64,000 nt of DNA from Chlorokybus atmophyticus (GCA_009103225.1 RHPI01003009.1:539354-603353), one strand, 5' to 3'. Shown: positions 26,150 to 40,095, counted from the stretch's first letter. Translations and numbers: made by a program. Notes: a model not told the origin generated them from the letters alone.

Positions 26150-29100
26150 CAGCTGGCAAGCTAGCAAGCATAGACTCCGCGACCCCAGCAGCAGGAGAAG
26201 GTACCATCAAACTGGGGGCGTCAAACTGCATCGCTTTCCTTGTGAACCATCAGCATCTTGTGGGGAGGGACTCACCAGCTCCCTATGCAGTGCACTACCT
26301 GCACATCCGGTGTGTCACTTGCTGATGTTAGGTACAACAAGTACCTTGCAGCATTGGCCATTGAAAAGCACAGCTGCTACTACTTGGATCCCATCATCTG
26401 ATGGACCAAATGTACTGGCAGTGCTAATCAGCGCTACAAGTTGTCCAACAAACAATGGACTCACTACAGGGTAATATGGTGCTTGCAAGTGGACTGGCTT
26501 GCGCTGTAATCATGGCGAATTGAGCTGAACGAGGGAACACAGCTACCAAGAAGGCATTACAGTTCAAAAACAAACAATCGCGAGAACAAACCAGCTCAAC
26601 GGCAGCGCCATTGCCACCCGACAGCTGACAAGCTGACAATGCCAAAGTCATACCTGCCACTGCCACAGCCAAGGCCCCAACGAGCAGCTGAAGATCCGAG
26701 GTAAACTGCTTATCCACCGTTGCACAAGAAAGCAGCTGTGTACGGCTACGCCCTTGATTCGCCTTACTGCCTGTGCGCCTTGACAGGGTTCTCCTCCGCC
26801 ACCGCCGCTCTGCAGTGTGTGCCGTTCGCCACTGGACACGTCAGACCGACCCTTGGAGGCAAGCCGCGGTCAGACACGCAACGCGGTTACGTCACATGCG
26901 CTGCAGACCTGCCCCACGCGTGTTACGCTCGTGTGGAGAAAGAAAACATCTCGGGTGACAGTGGGGCGTTCATGACCATGGCATAAATGGAATTGCCGAG
27001 TTAGCAATACCGGTATACAACTAGTGCATGGCAGCTTCCATGACATCAAGTTGCACATCACATACCACAAAGGGACACCGCAAACAGATACCATATTGAG
27101 TATGGAAATTTAAGCAATTTTATCATTGCTTGCTGGTACTGTGATGTTTTTATTATTGCAAATGAGAGGGTTGACCCCGCCGTTTCTCTATCTCAACATG
27201 CGTCGTGCGCATTTTATAGAGGCCGTGTGGCATGGCCTTGACCATGAAAGGGAGTGGATTGAATATGTTGAAGTCGCTGTTGATAATTTTGATGCGTTAA
27301 CCCGAATGCAAGTGGGAGAATGGGGTTGAACTCCAGACGACAGTTGCAAAATCGGAATCGATGGTCATACTTGTAAACTCGTGTACACAATGACTCTTGC
27401 TCACTCACCTGCCACTGGTGGCACCTAGTGAGTAGGCATGGGCTACCGAGTCATGCATGCATGTAGGCATAATATACATAACTCTGCGTCTCTGCAGGTG
27501 GGGATACATCCTTTGCTTGCATCAGTCTCACATCCTGCCTGCTGTTGCGACGTCCATCCTGCATTGCACATAGGTAGTCCCCGGGGCTATTGGTAATAGC
27601 CGGCCCGGCTATAACGACAGGGGTCCTTTGGGTAGGTGTTGATATAGCGTACTATATTCAGTATCAAATGCAATTATGCAATAATTGAGCATGGCTTGTC
27701 CTATTTTGCGTGTATGTGCAATAGTGCATGTGTGTGTATGTGCGCGCGTATATGTGTGTATGCAAGTGCCCGCATGCGCGTTCGTGTACTACACGTGTAC
27801 TACACGTAGTACGTGCTAGTGTATGTGAGTCGTATGTACGATTGTCTATTGTGCCTCACAATAGACACTCGCTGGGCTGAGCACGACCATTGTTATACCT
27901 TATAGAGTAATTATAGCTGGGCACTGAATGGAAATTCAACCTACAATTTTACTCAGTGGCCAGCTGAATGCTCCATTGCATGAAGCAACGTAGATGCAAG
28001 GCTTTAAAGGTATAGCCCCGACAGACACTCCATCTTTATAAGACACGTGAGTACACGTGAATGTGTAGTCTGCGAGCAACATGCACAGCAACCCAACTTA
28101 TATACCTTGAGAATTTCGTACACTTGATGTAACCAGCAAGCATGCAGCGGCTGTTATTACAAGCCGTTGCACCTATGGCATTGCAACAGTATTAGTTGCA
28201 CCGCATGATGCATGCATGCACTACTAGCAGTGTGCTACTTTACATATTCTCAACATGCATAGAACTCAAGCCATGTCAAGGTCGGTCACAGCATTGCAGT
28301 GAAGTGCAGACACTCAATCCACACGCACGTGCGCACGCCGGTCACATGCGTACCCAACTCCTATACATATGTACATGGGTGTGCAACGCGCTGTGCTACA
28401 CTCCCTTACACATATAGGCTGATCTGAGTAGCAGATGCAAGGCAAACCAAACAGATGCCAGGCACAGCAGCAATGGCAGAGGCAAGATAGAGCTCTATCT
28501 CAACAGTGGAGTACACACTAAGTATGTGCTTGTCTAAGTGCGTGCATGTGGGGCGGAGGGGTACGGTTGGGCAGGGCAACAAGGCAAGGCAGCAACACCA
28601 ACCTTTAGCAACAGATGAGTACACAACACCCACCTGCATGCGCGCGCCCATCACACATTGCACCCACCCACATCACACACACTCCCATACCCATCACCAA
28701 CCACACCCGCACATGCAATGCATATGGTAGGGCAATCGGGGCCATTAGCAAACATGGCATGACACTACACACAACAAGACTTAGTAACAACGGCCACAAG
28801 CCAAACACAAGCAAGGACAAACCAAGCACAGCTATACAATTACACTATGGGGGACTGGACCCTATGTGCGTGCAAAGGTGGATGGCGCGGGCAAGGAGCA
28901 TTGGCAGCAGCCGCAGCAGTGGCCCAGGTACCTGCGGTGCCAAGGATGCATGCCCATGCTACCCATGTCGCCCACACCGCTGCACCCATGCAGTCCACGC
29001 CACTTCACCCACGCTGCTGCGCCACCCGCGCCACCCCTCACTCCATGGCCTGCACTGCATCGGCCTCCGCAGCTGGAGGGCCAAAGGTCACGCATTGGGT

Positions 29101-29512
29101 TTGGACGCCGTGCATGGGACCATCGAAGCGTGCCATCCCTTGTACACACACAGGGCGTGTGTGCACAGACGATCTTGCACACGCACAGGCGCACTTACAC
29201 ATATCATGCTACTGGTCTGTCCCTGCTATGGCTACCACTGCTGCTGCTGTACATCATTGCGCCGGCCTCTAACCAAACGTCCGTGGCAGCGAGGTAGAGT
29301 GTGGGAGGGATAAAGTACCAAAATGAAAAATGTAATGCGCGCATGCATGGATGTGTTACAAGCTTGGTTCCTTGGTGCTGTTGGTTTTCTTGACTGTGCC
29401 TCGCGCACCACGCACACATACATATGTACACCTGCACTTGTTGAATGCCCCAACTTGACCGACGCAGTTTCTGTTACCACATATGTACAGATATAATCGT
29501 GCTGTTGAGACA

Positions 29513-32500
29513 CTACAAAGTTTCAACCAAGTTGTAATGATGCCTCATGACGGAGTCGTAGTTCTCACGATAGAGCTTTGTGGCTTTCGGCATGTGCTCA
29601 AGGATGTCTTTGGCGGTCATCCCGTCTTGCCCCAACTCCTGAGCTGCCAGATCCCCAGCCAACCCATGCAGAAACACCCCCGTCCGTGCTGCATCAACTG
29701 TTGACAAGTGGGCACCATGCATTGCAGCAATGCAACCTGCAAGAGTTACCAACAGTCTGTCAGCGTTGTATCCACCACGTGCTTCTTGTGTTTCAGCCTT
29801 TCAGTTTTCTGCTTGATCGCGGGAAAGGGGCTATGCAGAGCCAATGTGACAAGGGCAAGTGACCATGCGCGTATGTGAAGTGCATTATGCCCTGACGTGA
29901 TGCATCCTCTGGCAGCCGGCTGCAGCGCCATCGTGTAACATGACAGACATACCTGTTAAGACATCGCCTGATCCAGCAGTGCCCATGCCGGAGTTCCCGG
30001 ACATGTTGATCCAGATGTGGCCATCTGGTGTTCCAATGAGCGTGTGAGCGCCTTTGCATACGACCACAGCACCGAGGTCTGCGGCTAGCTGGCGAGTGTA
30101 TTTGATGAGATCGGACTTCACATCTTTCGTGGAGATGCCGAGCACGCGAGCCAGCTCGCCGAGGTGCGGGGTCAACACGGTGGGATGCTTGCGGCGCTTC
30201 ACAACTGCCGTGTCCTTGCTGATGGCAGTCAGTCCATCGCCATCTAGAAGCAAAGGGGTTTCAATTCGCTCAGTGAGATCTCGAATGAGCTGCTGAGTCT
30301 CCTCATCAAGTGACAGGCCTGCCAGTGCATCAAACACGCAAGTAAATCAACTTTTCAAACACAGCAGACAACACTGTCTGTGATACACTGCAACAGAAAA
30401 GTCGCGCGCCAACCACCAGGCAGCACCTTGTCATTGATCCTCAATTGAATACGCATGGCGCTTGCAGCTGGCAAGTGCAGGGTGAACGATTGAACATGCA
30501 CATAGTCATCGTGTCTCCTGACCTGGGCCCATGACAACAAAGTCAACCTTCTCCGCCATCTGCAGCAGCTGATCCATGTTGTCTTGTGTCATGCTGCCTC
30601 GTTCGTTCTCTTTCTGGGGCAAGAACACCAGCTCGGAGGCAAGCGTAGCAGAGTAGGGAACCACAGACTTTGGGGCTGCAAGTCTGGCATACCCTGCACC
30701 AGATTTGAGGGCAGACAAAGCAGCGAACGTTGGCGCACCAAAGTAGCTGCCAGAACCAGCTATGAAAAGTGCGTCTCCGAATGTTCCCTTATGACCAGCA
30801 GTATCACGCGGCGGCAGCAGCGGTGGGTCGTTGACTGCAGATCCATGTGATACAGAACTGCATGAGTGCGGTGCTTCCAAAATGAATGTGTGGACTTCAA
30901 ATACTCATACTACAAGTTGTCAAGCAGCACACAGTGCAGCAATACCTTCAACTTTAATGTCTGCTGAGAGCGTCAACTCTGGCGGGTAGGAGATGTGGCT
31001 GACGTACAGTCTGCCACAGTGCTCGAAGCCAGGGAACAGCAGGTTGCCCAGCTTGGGCAGGCCGAACGTGACAGTGTGCGTAGCTCTGACAGCGGCGCCA
31101 TGCGGCTGTGCGTCGTCTCCATCAATGCCAGATGGAATGTCAAGACTTATGACCGTTTTGTTGGATGCGTTCACCAGTTCAATAACCTCCTTGAACTGGC
31201 CCTCAACGTCTCTTGTGACTCCAGTGCCCAGCAGGCCATCAACTACCGCATCGCAGTTCTGAACTGCAACCTTTATCTCCTCAGTTGCTGGCTGCACAAC
31301 GATAGGACAGCCACTCTTTCTGAGTATGTTTAGATGTGTTGTTGCTCCCTCTTTATACCTGCAGCCCGTGCAAGAGCAGAAACCTCGCTATCGGCTAAAG
31401 AATATTAAGCAGTCCTAGATAGCTATATTGCTGCCTTGCCATTGCATGCAGAACGTGACACAGACACTTTCCCACATGAGGTGTTGCCAAAAACTTACGT
31501 GCTGATGCAGCACAAACGCACCTTGAAGGGTCTGCTAGCACAAATGTTGTTACGTGGGCTCCGCTCGAGTGCAACTTGCGCGCAACAACAAGGGCATCTC
31601 CGCCATTGTTTCCAACCCCAGCAATGACGCAAAACGTCTTGCCCCATACTCCGTTGCTGAGCACACGTTGCGCAAGATAGTAAACAGACTCCCCAGCATT
31701 TTCCATGAGTAGTGTCTCTGATATGCCGAATTCATCCATGGCGCGCCCGTCCAGGGCGCCCATCTCTTGTTTGGTGCAGACCTGTTAACGAGGTTGTCAG
31801 TATTTGCAACCATCCACGAAAGGGTGTAGCCAACAGATGATTCGCAATCACCTTCAAAGGCCACATATGGGCAGGTTGGCTAGCCATGGAATGGAGTTGC
31901 CTTGAACTGTCAGAGTGCACTGCAGCAGAGGGCGTTGCAAGCACGGCGACAGGCTGCACCTGCAAAGTAATGTATGCAGTGGAATGCGTTCAACACTTGC
32001 TGCCTATGTGTGTGACATGGCACTTGACGTGCCTAGCATGCAGCCGCATTGCATGACTGCGGAGAAATGTGATCCACTAGCAGCATCAACCAGCATCTGC
32101 TTGAGCTGGGGACATTGCTGAGCAACTGCAGCTAGTGCTTCCATGTAGCGCTGTGGAATTTTCCGTGGTAGCACACTTCTTCAGCAGAGTCATGGGTGCT
32201 CGCTGAGTAGCTCTAGTATGTTGCTCATGCAGTACCAAACTGCTAGGTTGCAGTTTGGTACTGCATGTGCCTTGGGTATGAAAATTTGTCAAAGCAGCTG
32301 TTGTGTGTTGCAGACTACACCACTACCATACTGCAAGAGTGAAGTGAAGCTGTCTTATTCGCATGCTTGCAATGTGGGTGTGCGGCGTGACCCAGCTGCA
32401 CAACCGCCAAGTGGGTTGTCGTGGTCGGCATGCTGGCATGCGGGCATGCCGACCACGACGTCCGAGCATCAAGCTTCCGCAGAGGCACGGCTACAATAGT

Positions 32501-32747
32501 CGAGACATCACACTTCAACTTGTGCTGCTGTTTGTGGTGCATTGCGTGCGATTGGCAGAGTGCATTGCGCGCGATTGGCAGAACCACTGCACCACTGCCT
32601 CACCCTAAGTGGATGACCTTGCGGCCACTGGTGCCAAGAAGCGCTCCTCCAAGCACCGGCAGCTCCGCGAGGTACGCGACAGCGACGCAACAGCACAAAG
32701 CTGTGAAGCAACACGGGCCTCGCAGCGCCCGCTGCGCCGGCAGACAT
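29513..32747 (-). CDS. nnr: Bifunctional NAD(P)H-hydrate epimerase/dehydratase (bacterial-type YjeF/Nnr fusion) with N-terminal targeting extension
   Basis: [51 protein letters not shown] (epimerase); [49 protein letters not shown] (dehydratase); at least 6 GT-AG introns. The 5'-most exon (ATG 32747) is less certain. Confidence 0.93.
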
Positions 32748-34068
32748 CCGCCACCGCCAGCGTCTGTCCCGCCTTGCAACACGCGGAAAGCTACAGCAAC
32801 CCCCCGCCAAGCATGTGAGATCTTGCCGCCTTTCCAACGTGGCAGGCCTAGGGTTGCAGCACGGAAGCTTTTCCGCCCATCACTCCTTCCTATCCGACCA
32901 CCAATCTCGGAAGTGGGTCACATTGAGACGGAAGGTGATTTGACCAGCCAGCTGCGGCGCACTGGTAGTTAGAGGGGTCAGCCTGTTGGACTTCCGGAAA
33001 AGGTTGTGACAAGTGGAATGGAAGTTTGGGGTGGCGCTGCTTACCATCAGCAGGTGCTGATGTGTAAAGGCAGTGGATCTGTCAGACTGCCAGCTGGACA
33101 GAGCACGGGGCAAGCTGGCAGCCTGCCCGCCTCTGAGAGAAGAAAGGCGAGGCAACCATGGGTACAGAAGCAAGTTTAGGACTGCTTGTGTCTGGTCACT
33201 GGCAAGTGGTGGGGCCAGCAGGCTGCTTCAGCGGGCGAAGGCGGTGTCACAGCAGCTCGCTTGCAAGGTCGGTGAGCGGCTTGCTGGAGTTGCCTGATAT
33301 AGAACACAACTGATGTTCGTGATTGCCTCGCGCCATGCATTGCGACAAGCAAAGCAACTGTAGCACCCTTCGTGCGTGCGAGGGCTTGTGGCTTGCCTTT
33401 GAGCATTGTGAGACGCTGATCAGCACCGGGGCTACCGAATTCGAGAGCATAACGGTCTTCGCGACCTAGGTCATGCTACATGCAACTAGAGACGTGTTAA
33501 GCAGGTCTCACAAAATACACTATCAATCTTGAGCAAAGGTTTGCACAGTAGTGTTCATGGTAGCATAACTTTCGTTGCACAGTTGGAACGAGCAACAACA
33601 ACCACCGTGCTGCAGGTTGTGGCAGGATGGTGATGACGGGCGGAAGTGCAGTTTCCAGCATCGTTCCATTGGCTGCAAGAGGCTGTGCACAGCCCCTTGC
33701 AGTCGCTCGGTCTCTGTGTTCGCTCAGCCTGCAGCCTCGTAGCAAGCAACCCACCAATGCTAATACTGACTATCGGCAGTCTGCTGTACTGCGTGTCGCT
33801 CGTGTGCATGCATGCTCGTCTGCACGCACATCACCCTCGCGCCCAACCAGCAGCCGGCGGCAGTTAGGTGTGACTCATGGCGGAGAGCTTGTTAGCAACA
33901 GTCAGCGTGCTTGCCTCGCAATGTTCAACGATAGCAACGCTGCATGTTGCGAGCGTGTCGACAGCATGCTCTTGAACAATCCAGTGCTTGGGCTGCGTGC
34001 GAGGCTCAACCCATATGTGTGCAGGCTTGGCTTTCCGGTGTTTTGCAGTCCAAGGACAGAGCAGCGCC

Positions 34069-35602
34069 ATGGCGACCTCTGCAACTTCAGGCTCAAAGGG
34101 CAAGGTATCGACTGCCAGCCTTGTGACAATCTTTCCGTGGTTGGTAGCAATTATCAGTACTAAGCATGGCCTTACATGCCTGGTTTGCAGGTTCTGGTCA
34201 TTGTCCCCAGTGAAAGCTTGTTGAGGCTTGCAAACAACAAGGAGGTGACAACTGGGTTCTTTCTGAAGGAGCTTGGGCAGCCCCTGATCCGAATCCTTGA
34301 AGCTGGCTACAGTGTTGAGGTGTGATTGGCATAAGTCCCAACAACTAAGGGTTGGCAAGTCTCAACAGCTACTCGCATACATGGTCGGTAGATGGCTGAT
34401 GACCGTTGTGCAACCGCAGTTTGCCAACCCTTCCGGCAATGCTCCGCCCATGGACCCGCTGTCAGACAACCAGATCTGGTAGGCTGTCAATATGCGATGC
34501 TGTGATCAGTTGAGTGCCGTCGGATTTGACCTTGGCAGCAAATCAGGTTCGGCCTGTACTTCCGTGAGAAGGCAAAGGAGAAGCAGCTGCTAGAACAAAT
34601 GAAGGTAAGAGCTTGTTAGCTCCCATGCTTGCACATGCTGCCAGGACCAGTCACAAGTGATGGGCAACTTCTGATCATGCAGGTGGACAGCAACTTTGCA
34701 AACCCAAAGAAGTTTGCTGATCTCACGGAAGAAGATCTGAACCAGTATGTTGGTATCTTCCTGCCAGGGGGTAATGATTCCTGCTGTCTGTGCATACGGT
34801 GGCTATGGCTGATTTGGAGACCTTGTGGCTGTAGATAGCCATCACAGCACTGAGTTGGTACCTATCACAGGGCACGCACCCATGATCAACATGTGGAACG
34901 ACGCCGAGCTTGGCCGTATCCTGCTGCACTTCCACAACAAGCAGAAGCCCACAGGTATGTTCCCCTGACTAGCTACCACATTCTTGAAACAAACTTATGA
35001 GCTCGCAATCGTTGGCATTACATCAACACACCTGTGCAGCAATGATATGCCACGCACCCGTGGCGCTGTTGTCAACGAAGATGGTGGAGAAGGACTCACC
35101 CTGGGCGTACCAAAACTATCACGTCACATGCTACTCTGACCTTGAAGAGAAGTCAAACGAGTTGCTTTTTGGTGGCAAACTGCCGGTAAGTTGGTGGGCA
35201 GTGCTTTACTTGCAACTGACATGTTGCGTTAATGGCATGACGTGGCAGTGACCAGCAACAGATTGGTTTGACCATCACGCCTTGCCTAAGCAAGAAAGCT
35301 AATATCTTGTGCTGGTTAATTTGCAGTTCAAGGTAGAGACTGTGTTGCGGGAGAATGGTGCCATCCTTGAGGAGGCTATGCCCATGATGCCCAAGGTCAC
35401 TGTTGATCGTGAGCTCATCAGCGGTCAGGTGAGTATGCACCTTACTGCGTAGAAGTAAATACACTGCATAGCTGCGTTTGATAGCTTGACAAACCGGAAG
35501 GACTCAGTCTGACTTCTTCTGCATTGCGTTTGTGTGCAGGGCCCAACTTCAGCTGATCAGCTGGGCAAGACTTTCGTGGAGAAGCTGCAGATTGTAGCCT
35601 GA
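34069..35602 (+). CDS. DJ-1/PfpI family, Hsp31/glyoxalase III-like (class I GATase-like domain)
   Basis: 9 exons: KVLVIVPSE..TGFFLKELGQP..AGY, FANPSGNAP, IFLPGGHAPM, ICHAP (catalytic Cys), ELISGQGPTSA. An in-frame acceptor upstream of the ATG suggests a possible further 5' exon. Confidence 0.9.
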
Positions 35603-36524
35603 ATGGGTAAAGGAGCACACTTCGGAGATGTACAGTTGGTTGTGATGTAGAGTGTAGGGAACCGGCCAAACTCGTGCTTGTACAATGTTTTGAATGGGCT
35701 TGCCCAATCTAGAACATGTTGGAAGTGTTTACCACTCTGTTTGACGTTTCTCACCCACTGCTAGCTGATAGACATGTGCACCAATGGCAAAGAGTATTGA
35801 ATTGCATCTTGCAGCTAGTAGGCAGTGACTGCGGGTAGTTGGCTGCTGGTGTCAGTGTAACATATAGTTGCGAAACTATTTGTACACAAAATGCTTATCC
35901 ACTGCCCATGTAGAGTATATGCAGTCACCATGATCACAACAGCACACACAAACATTAGCAAGCACCGTTCACAATGATCACCGGACTCAAACACTAAGTT
36001 ACGCCCGTTATCAACACTTCCGCTAGCGCTAGCACCCCATTTATCATGCAAGTATGTTTACACAGTAGTAATCACCATCTGACAGCAGCTGTGGTTAGAA
36101 ACGTGCACGTGCAGCAATGCTTTTGTGTAACAGTTGTTCTGTTGTGTTGTGCGTTGCGAACCTTGCCGCTTGTGGTGAAATGCAAGTCGTTGTGTGAGTA
36201 CAGCACACAATGTGTGGTGCCATTCATTGCAGCAAGTTCTTCCTGGTGTTATCAGGCAGCCCAACAGCAGATACTTTGCACCTTGCCTACCTTGCGAACC
36301 TTAAGGATTGAATTTGAGGTGTAGGTTGAGCTGCCATATGGTGGTGCAGCTGCGGCGTTGAGTAGTATGTTCACCGTCATTGCATTGTGTACCATGGTGG
36401 GGAAGGGATGTGGGAAGAGGAGGGGGCGAATGAGTGAGAGGGATGGGGAGAGAGGGAGACAGCGAGGTTGGCAGTAATGGAGCAAACATCGAAGAGTAAC
36501 TGCGTTTAGTGATTAAGCGAGAAG

Positions 36525-37098
36525 NNNNNNNNNNNNNNNNNNNNNNNNNNNNNNNNNNNNNNNNNNNNNNNNNNNNNNNNNNNNNNNNNNNNNNNNNNNN
36601 NNNNNNNNNNNNNNNNNNNNNNNNNNNNNNNNNNNNNNNNNNNNNNNNNNNNNNNNNNNNNNNNNNNNNNNNNNNNNNNNNNNNNNNNNNNNNNNNNNNN
36701 NNNNNNNNNNNNNNNNNNNNNNNNNNNNNNNNNNNNNNNNNNNNNNNNNNNNNNNNNNNNNNNNNNNNNNNNNNNNNNNNNNNNNNNNNNNNNNNNNNNN
36801 NNNNNNNNNNNNNNNNNNNNNNNNNNNNNNNNNNNNNNNNNNNNNNNNNNNNNNNNNNNNNNNNNNNNNNNNNNNNNNNNNNNNNNNNNNNNNNNNNNNN
36901 NNNNNNNNNNNNNNNNNNNNNNNNNNNNNNNNNNNNNNNNNNNNNNNNNNNNNNNNNNNNNNNNNNNNNNNNNNNNNNNNNNNNNNNNNNNNNNNNNNNN
37001 NNNNNNNNNNNNNNNNNNNNNNNNNNNNNNNNNNNNNNNNNNNNNNNNNNNNNNNNNNNNNNNNNNNNNNNNNNNNNNNNNNNNNNNNNNNNNNNNNN
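36525..37098. other. Assembly gap (574 N)
   Basis: Run of N. Confidence 1.
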
Positions 37099-37643
37099 GG
37101 CGGGGGGGCTACGCGTGCACATAAGTCCGGAAGGCCAATGTAGCATACTCTGAGTGCGCTACACATGTTGCAACATACGTGTACAATAGGTACAGCTTCA
37201 CGAGCAAAATCATCTGTAAACGAGGCATCAACCTTGTGGACTTTGATCCATCACTTACTCAATGCATCACGGCATTGCTCACTTCAGCCCACCATAGCAC
37301 TGTGCTGCGGTCAACTGCGATATGCATAATGGCGATTTTCGACTGCGCCCGACAAGGACTAGCAGCGAGACTAACATGTGACCCGCCCCAATGTCAAGTG
37401 CCTGAAGATTGGTTGCGTGCACGTGCGTTTGTCACTGCGCAGAGATGCCAGTGGCCATGCAGCTCCATGCAAGTGCCAGTCTGGGCGTTATGAAACGCAT
37501 CATGGTGCCATGATAAACGAGCGCAATAATAACCACGTCTGTACAGGACATCCGGTTATGACTATGTACACGGAGTAAAGTACACGTGCTAAGGGATTCC
37601 CTTTCAATGGGTCAGCAGCGCACTGTTCAAAAGCAGCAACAAA

Positions 37644-39503
37644 TCAAGCAGCTGTAATGGCATCAAAGTCGCGTATTGCAATGCCGTTCCCCTTCGCATA
37701 CAGGCCCTGTTCTTTGTGCCAAGTTGTGCGCGACGCCTCGCCCTCCTCTGGAAACACTCGTATCTCGAAGTCCTCGCGGTACTTTCCGTAGAGAGGAGAC
37801 TCCTCCTGGAACTGAGGACAGAAAACAGCTTCATATCCAGTAGTAGTATACTTGATTGAAAAAGTTGAGCAACGTAAGAGTCAACAAACAGCATGACTTG
37901 CAACACAGATGAGATACTTGCAGCGTGCAAGGCTGTTGATGCATCGCTACATGAGGTGCATTACCTTCCTGATCCCAGTGGGGAGGTGAAGGAAGTGTGG
38001 CTTGTACTTTGTCATCACATGGTGCTCCTCAGGCGCCTCTGGCAATGGCATGTCCAGCGAGCTTGCAAAAGGGTAGATCTTGTTTGGGTAGCGCCTATCG
38101 TGGCCCCACAGCATTGAGCCGCACTGCAACAACACACATTGCTGTGTTAGCTGGTATGGCCCATGCCAGCTAATACAAGCATGCTTGTTACGGGTCTGTT
38201 ACCTCCCCGCAGAAGTGGCGTTCCATCATAGAGACACCTTCACCAGACTGGCACGCCTCGCACTCTCGACACTCCCCGCATACCACTCGCAGGGGTGCTC
38301 TGGGCGGCAAAGAACAGGTTTGACAAAGCTGAGACAGAACGTCCAATCCAGGTAAGAAAAGCCTGCCTGTCGTTGCATTGCTACTGTGCCAAGCAGCTGT
38401 CACACCATTGCAAACATGCCATGTACCACCGCCGCCTTCAACATTAGTTTCTCAATTGAGTTACTTGATAACCGCTGCCCTCACCCTCTCGCCACATAAC
38501 CATTATGACCTTTATTCACACCGAATGTCTGTGTGTTCAGACGCCTGAGTCCAACAGGATTCCGCAGCAGCAGCAGCACCAACATGCACACTATACCTGT
38601 ACACCTTCTTGGCAGAAGGATTACTTCCCGAGACTTGCAAAGAGGTGGCTTCGGAAGACAGGTTGATGCAGTAGAAGCCAGCCGTCTTGCGATCTGACGG
38701 GCAATGGCACACCATGAACGGGTATGGCATGGTTGTCGCACAAGTGAAGCTCACGGCACCACAGTGGCAGGAGCCTTTCAGGGGTGTAGTAAGCTTAGGA
38801 GACTGCGCACATACGTTGCTGCTGAGCGTACTAGCAGCCCATACGTGCTGCAGTGCACAAGCCAGAAGATCACAGCAGCGTTCATAGTGTCTGGGCACGG
38901 CTGGTGATAGCCAAGCTGTACGTGCTGAACCAACTTATATGCAAGTCACAACGCGCAGCTAGCTGCACCGCGTACTTTGAAAGGAGCGTCTTCATCAAGG
39001 TTGTTGCCATGCTGGTCATGGTCATGATGCGCATGATGGTGTGCGTTCCCGTAAGGGTGCACATGAGCGGCGCGGTAGTGACGCTCTCTTGTCCGACCAC
39101 TCGGGCTGCGAAAGCCCTGTTTGCAGCACAGCATGTAAGCCTTGCGTGCTGCGCTGATTCTGTTGCAGCTGAGTGACGCAGCTGCGACGGATCAGCATGA
39201 TGATTGATCGTGACTTGTAAGCAGAAACGCACTCTACTATCAGGCAAACTCGGAGTGCTTTCTATTAGAGCAACAGTGCCCATGACAGTGCATGCAGCTG
39301 ACCCAGACGCCGCAGCATAACAACAGTGCTATGCACGGCGGCAGCAGTGTTTGCAAAGGTGGCTCTATGATTCAGCTCGTCACAAGCAGCAAAGCAGCTA
39401 CTGTTCCACTTACCGGTGACACAGGCCCTTCAGTGCTGGTGTTGACGTTTGGTGGCCTGGTCTGCACCTCCGTGGGCGTGTCCATGGGCGCTGAGTCACC
39501 CAT
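37644..39503 (-). CDS. GFA/CENP-V (Mss4-like) family protein with His-rich N-terminal exon
   Basis: LKGSCHCGAVSF..PYPFMVCHCPSDRKTAG, ERHFCGE|CGSMLW..YPNKIYPFASSLDMPLP, WHKEQGLY; upstream exon HVHPYGNAHHHAHHDHDQH. The start codon is uncertain and may lie nearer 40000. Confidence 0.82.
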
Positions 39504-40095
39504 GCTTGCGGGCACCTCTGACTGAAGCAGCCTCAACTGTCGAGCTGCATCAACCGCAGTGCACAAGTCACAATAGAAACAAGTTCAGCAAGTTGCAAGC
39601 GAACGAGAGGCTAGCGAGCAAAGCAACTCAAGTAGCCTGAAGCCATGCTGCAAGTGCACACTTGCACATCAATTTTGCACTGGAAAGGACGCCGGACAAC
39701 ATCTAACCACATGCTACAGAAGACATGCTGCAGTTTTGGCTACTTGTATCAGAACCAAGCAAGTTGCACACACCAGCTGCCAACAACGCCAGTAACAGCC
39801 GCTTGTCCTGGCAAGCAGAGGCTGTTAACTAGCTTCCGCTGGTTCTTGACCTAAGCACTGGACACAACAACCAAGCATACACAGAGATACGCATCAAAGG
39901 AGGTGACAAGTTCCACCGCCCTGCAGCCACCGCCGGCACCAACTACAACGGCGAGGACAACGACAGCGACGGCGATGGCAAGCAGCTGCAGCTCTGAATG
40001 CAGGCATTGTGGGCAGGCAGCACGTGTTACACTACTGTGTTCAGAGAAGGCGTCATCGGGTTGAATACGGTCGAGTCACGTCATTGATATCGTAA

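Noticed and set aside
27126-27930. Short ORF (MRGLTPPFLYLN..) and partial inverted repeats (GGCTATT/AATAGCC; GCCCGGCTATAA/TTATAGCTGGGC)
   Set aside because: Too short and degenerate to call a gene or MITE; no TSD.
36301-37166. ORFs spanning the N run
   Set aside because: Open only because of gap characters.
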